A DNA stretch of 64,000 bases, taken from contig DATKBB010000068.1 of the NCBI GenBank assembly GCA_035514295.1, positions 135 through 64,134 of the forward strand, in the 5' to 3' direction. The notes beneath the pieces were generated by a model, which did no database searches, was not told where the DNA came from, and worked only from the letters and a program-made list of their open reading frames with translations. Source of the DNA: Candidatus Limnocylindria bacterium. GTDB taxonomy: Bacteria > Chloroflexota > Limnocylindria > Limnocylindrales > CSP1-4. The position numbers and the translations under genes were made by a program. Positions 63,971 to 64,000 of this stretch are shown one piece after another. Every line of letters starts with the position of its first letter. Positions within the stretch are counted from its first letter, which is position 1.

Positions 63971-64000
63971 CGTCGTTGCCTCCGTGCTTTGCGGACCCGG

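Noticed and set aside
1-64000. Mobile genetic elements or prophage/defence islands (transposase, integrase, restriction-modification, toxin-antitoxin, Cas, abortive-infection genes).
   Set aside because: No ORF shows the corresponding signatures. The lower-GC patches (13.0-13.7 kb, 40.5-40.6 kb, 63.5-64.0 kb) are small and lack flanking direct repeats or recombinase genes.

Overview
High-GC bacterial chromosomal segment, almost fully coding. I see no rRNA, CRISPR array, transposase or integrase.

The core (about 10.7-56.1 kb) is one co-directional + strand run of housekeeping genes. Its order matches the conserved Firmicutes/Chloroflexi/Actinobacteria-type arrangement:
- rpsF-ssb-rpsR, ilvE, ileS-lspA-rluD
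- gmk-priA, def-fmt-rlmN-rpe-dtd
- rpmB (minus strand) divergent from asp23-DAK2(yloV)-recG-rsmD-coaD
- yceD-rpmF-plsX-nusB-acpP-rnc-smc-ftsY
- ffh, a DUF3352-like gene, then rpsP-KH-rimM-trmD-rplS-rnhB-yraN
- rpsB-tsf-pyrH-frr-uppS-cdsA-dxr-rseP-ispG, and proS

Many neighbouring genes overlap by 4 nt (NTGA), often with GTG or TTG starts. Five tRNA genes, all with encoded CCA, lie at 6.4-6.8 kb (Phe, Gly, Gln, Cys) and 8.7 kb (Leu).

The two ends are accessory. The left end holds:
- a broken repeat/Ig-like protein gene
- a polysaccharide-lyase-like secreted protein
- an operon with two paralogous small 2-Cys secreted proteins, a DNRLRE-type domain gene and a SipW-type signal peptidase
- LemA-HtpX, a lipoprotein and a PRC/YsnF stress protein
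- an orphan receiver-TadZ/CpaE-like ATPase

The right end holds a decayed cupin gene, a YjbR-like gene, membrane proteins, and a zinc-ribbon/class III cyclase/AAA/TPR giant preceded by an orphan acidic protein.

Most interesting observations:
1. The SipW-centred secreted-protein module, a candidate uncharacterised surface/fibre system.
2. A 450-nt non-coding island between priA and def. It carries four copies of a 13-nt motif arranged as two 83-bp-spaced pairs in inverted orientation, plus a 9-mer tandem repeat.
3. A family of TATACT-like -10 boxes. Several sit exactly 6-7 nt before the start codon, implying leaderless ilvE, ileS, def and rlmN.
4. Reading-frame breaks confined to accessory genes.
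5. Tandem or hairpin repeats in the ftsY-ffh and yjbR-proS spacers.
6. Sequence-visible deviations in housekeeping proteins: RNase HII lacks its GRG motif, IleRS has a non-textbook HIGH motif, and a conserved helix upstream of yceD is reachable only from an ATC codon.

All functional calls rest on motif recognition by eye. No database search was run.
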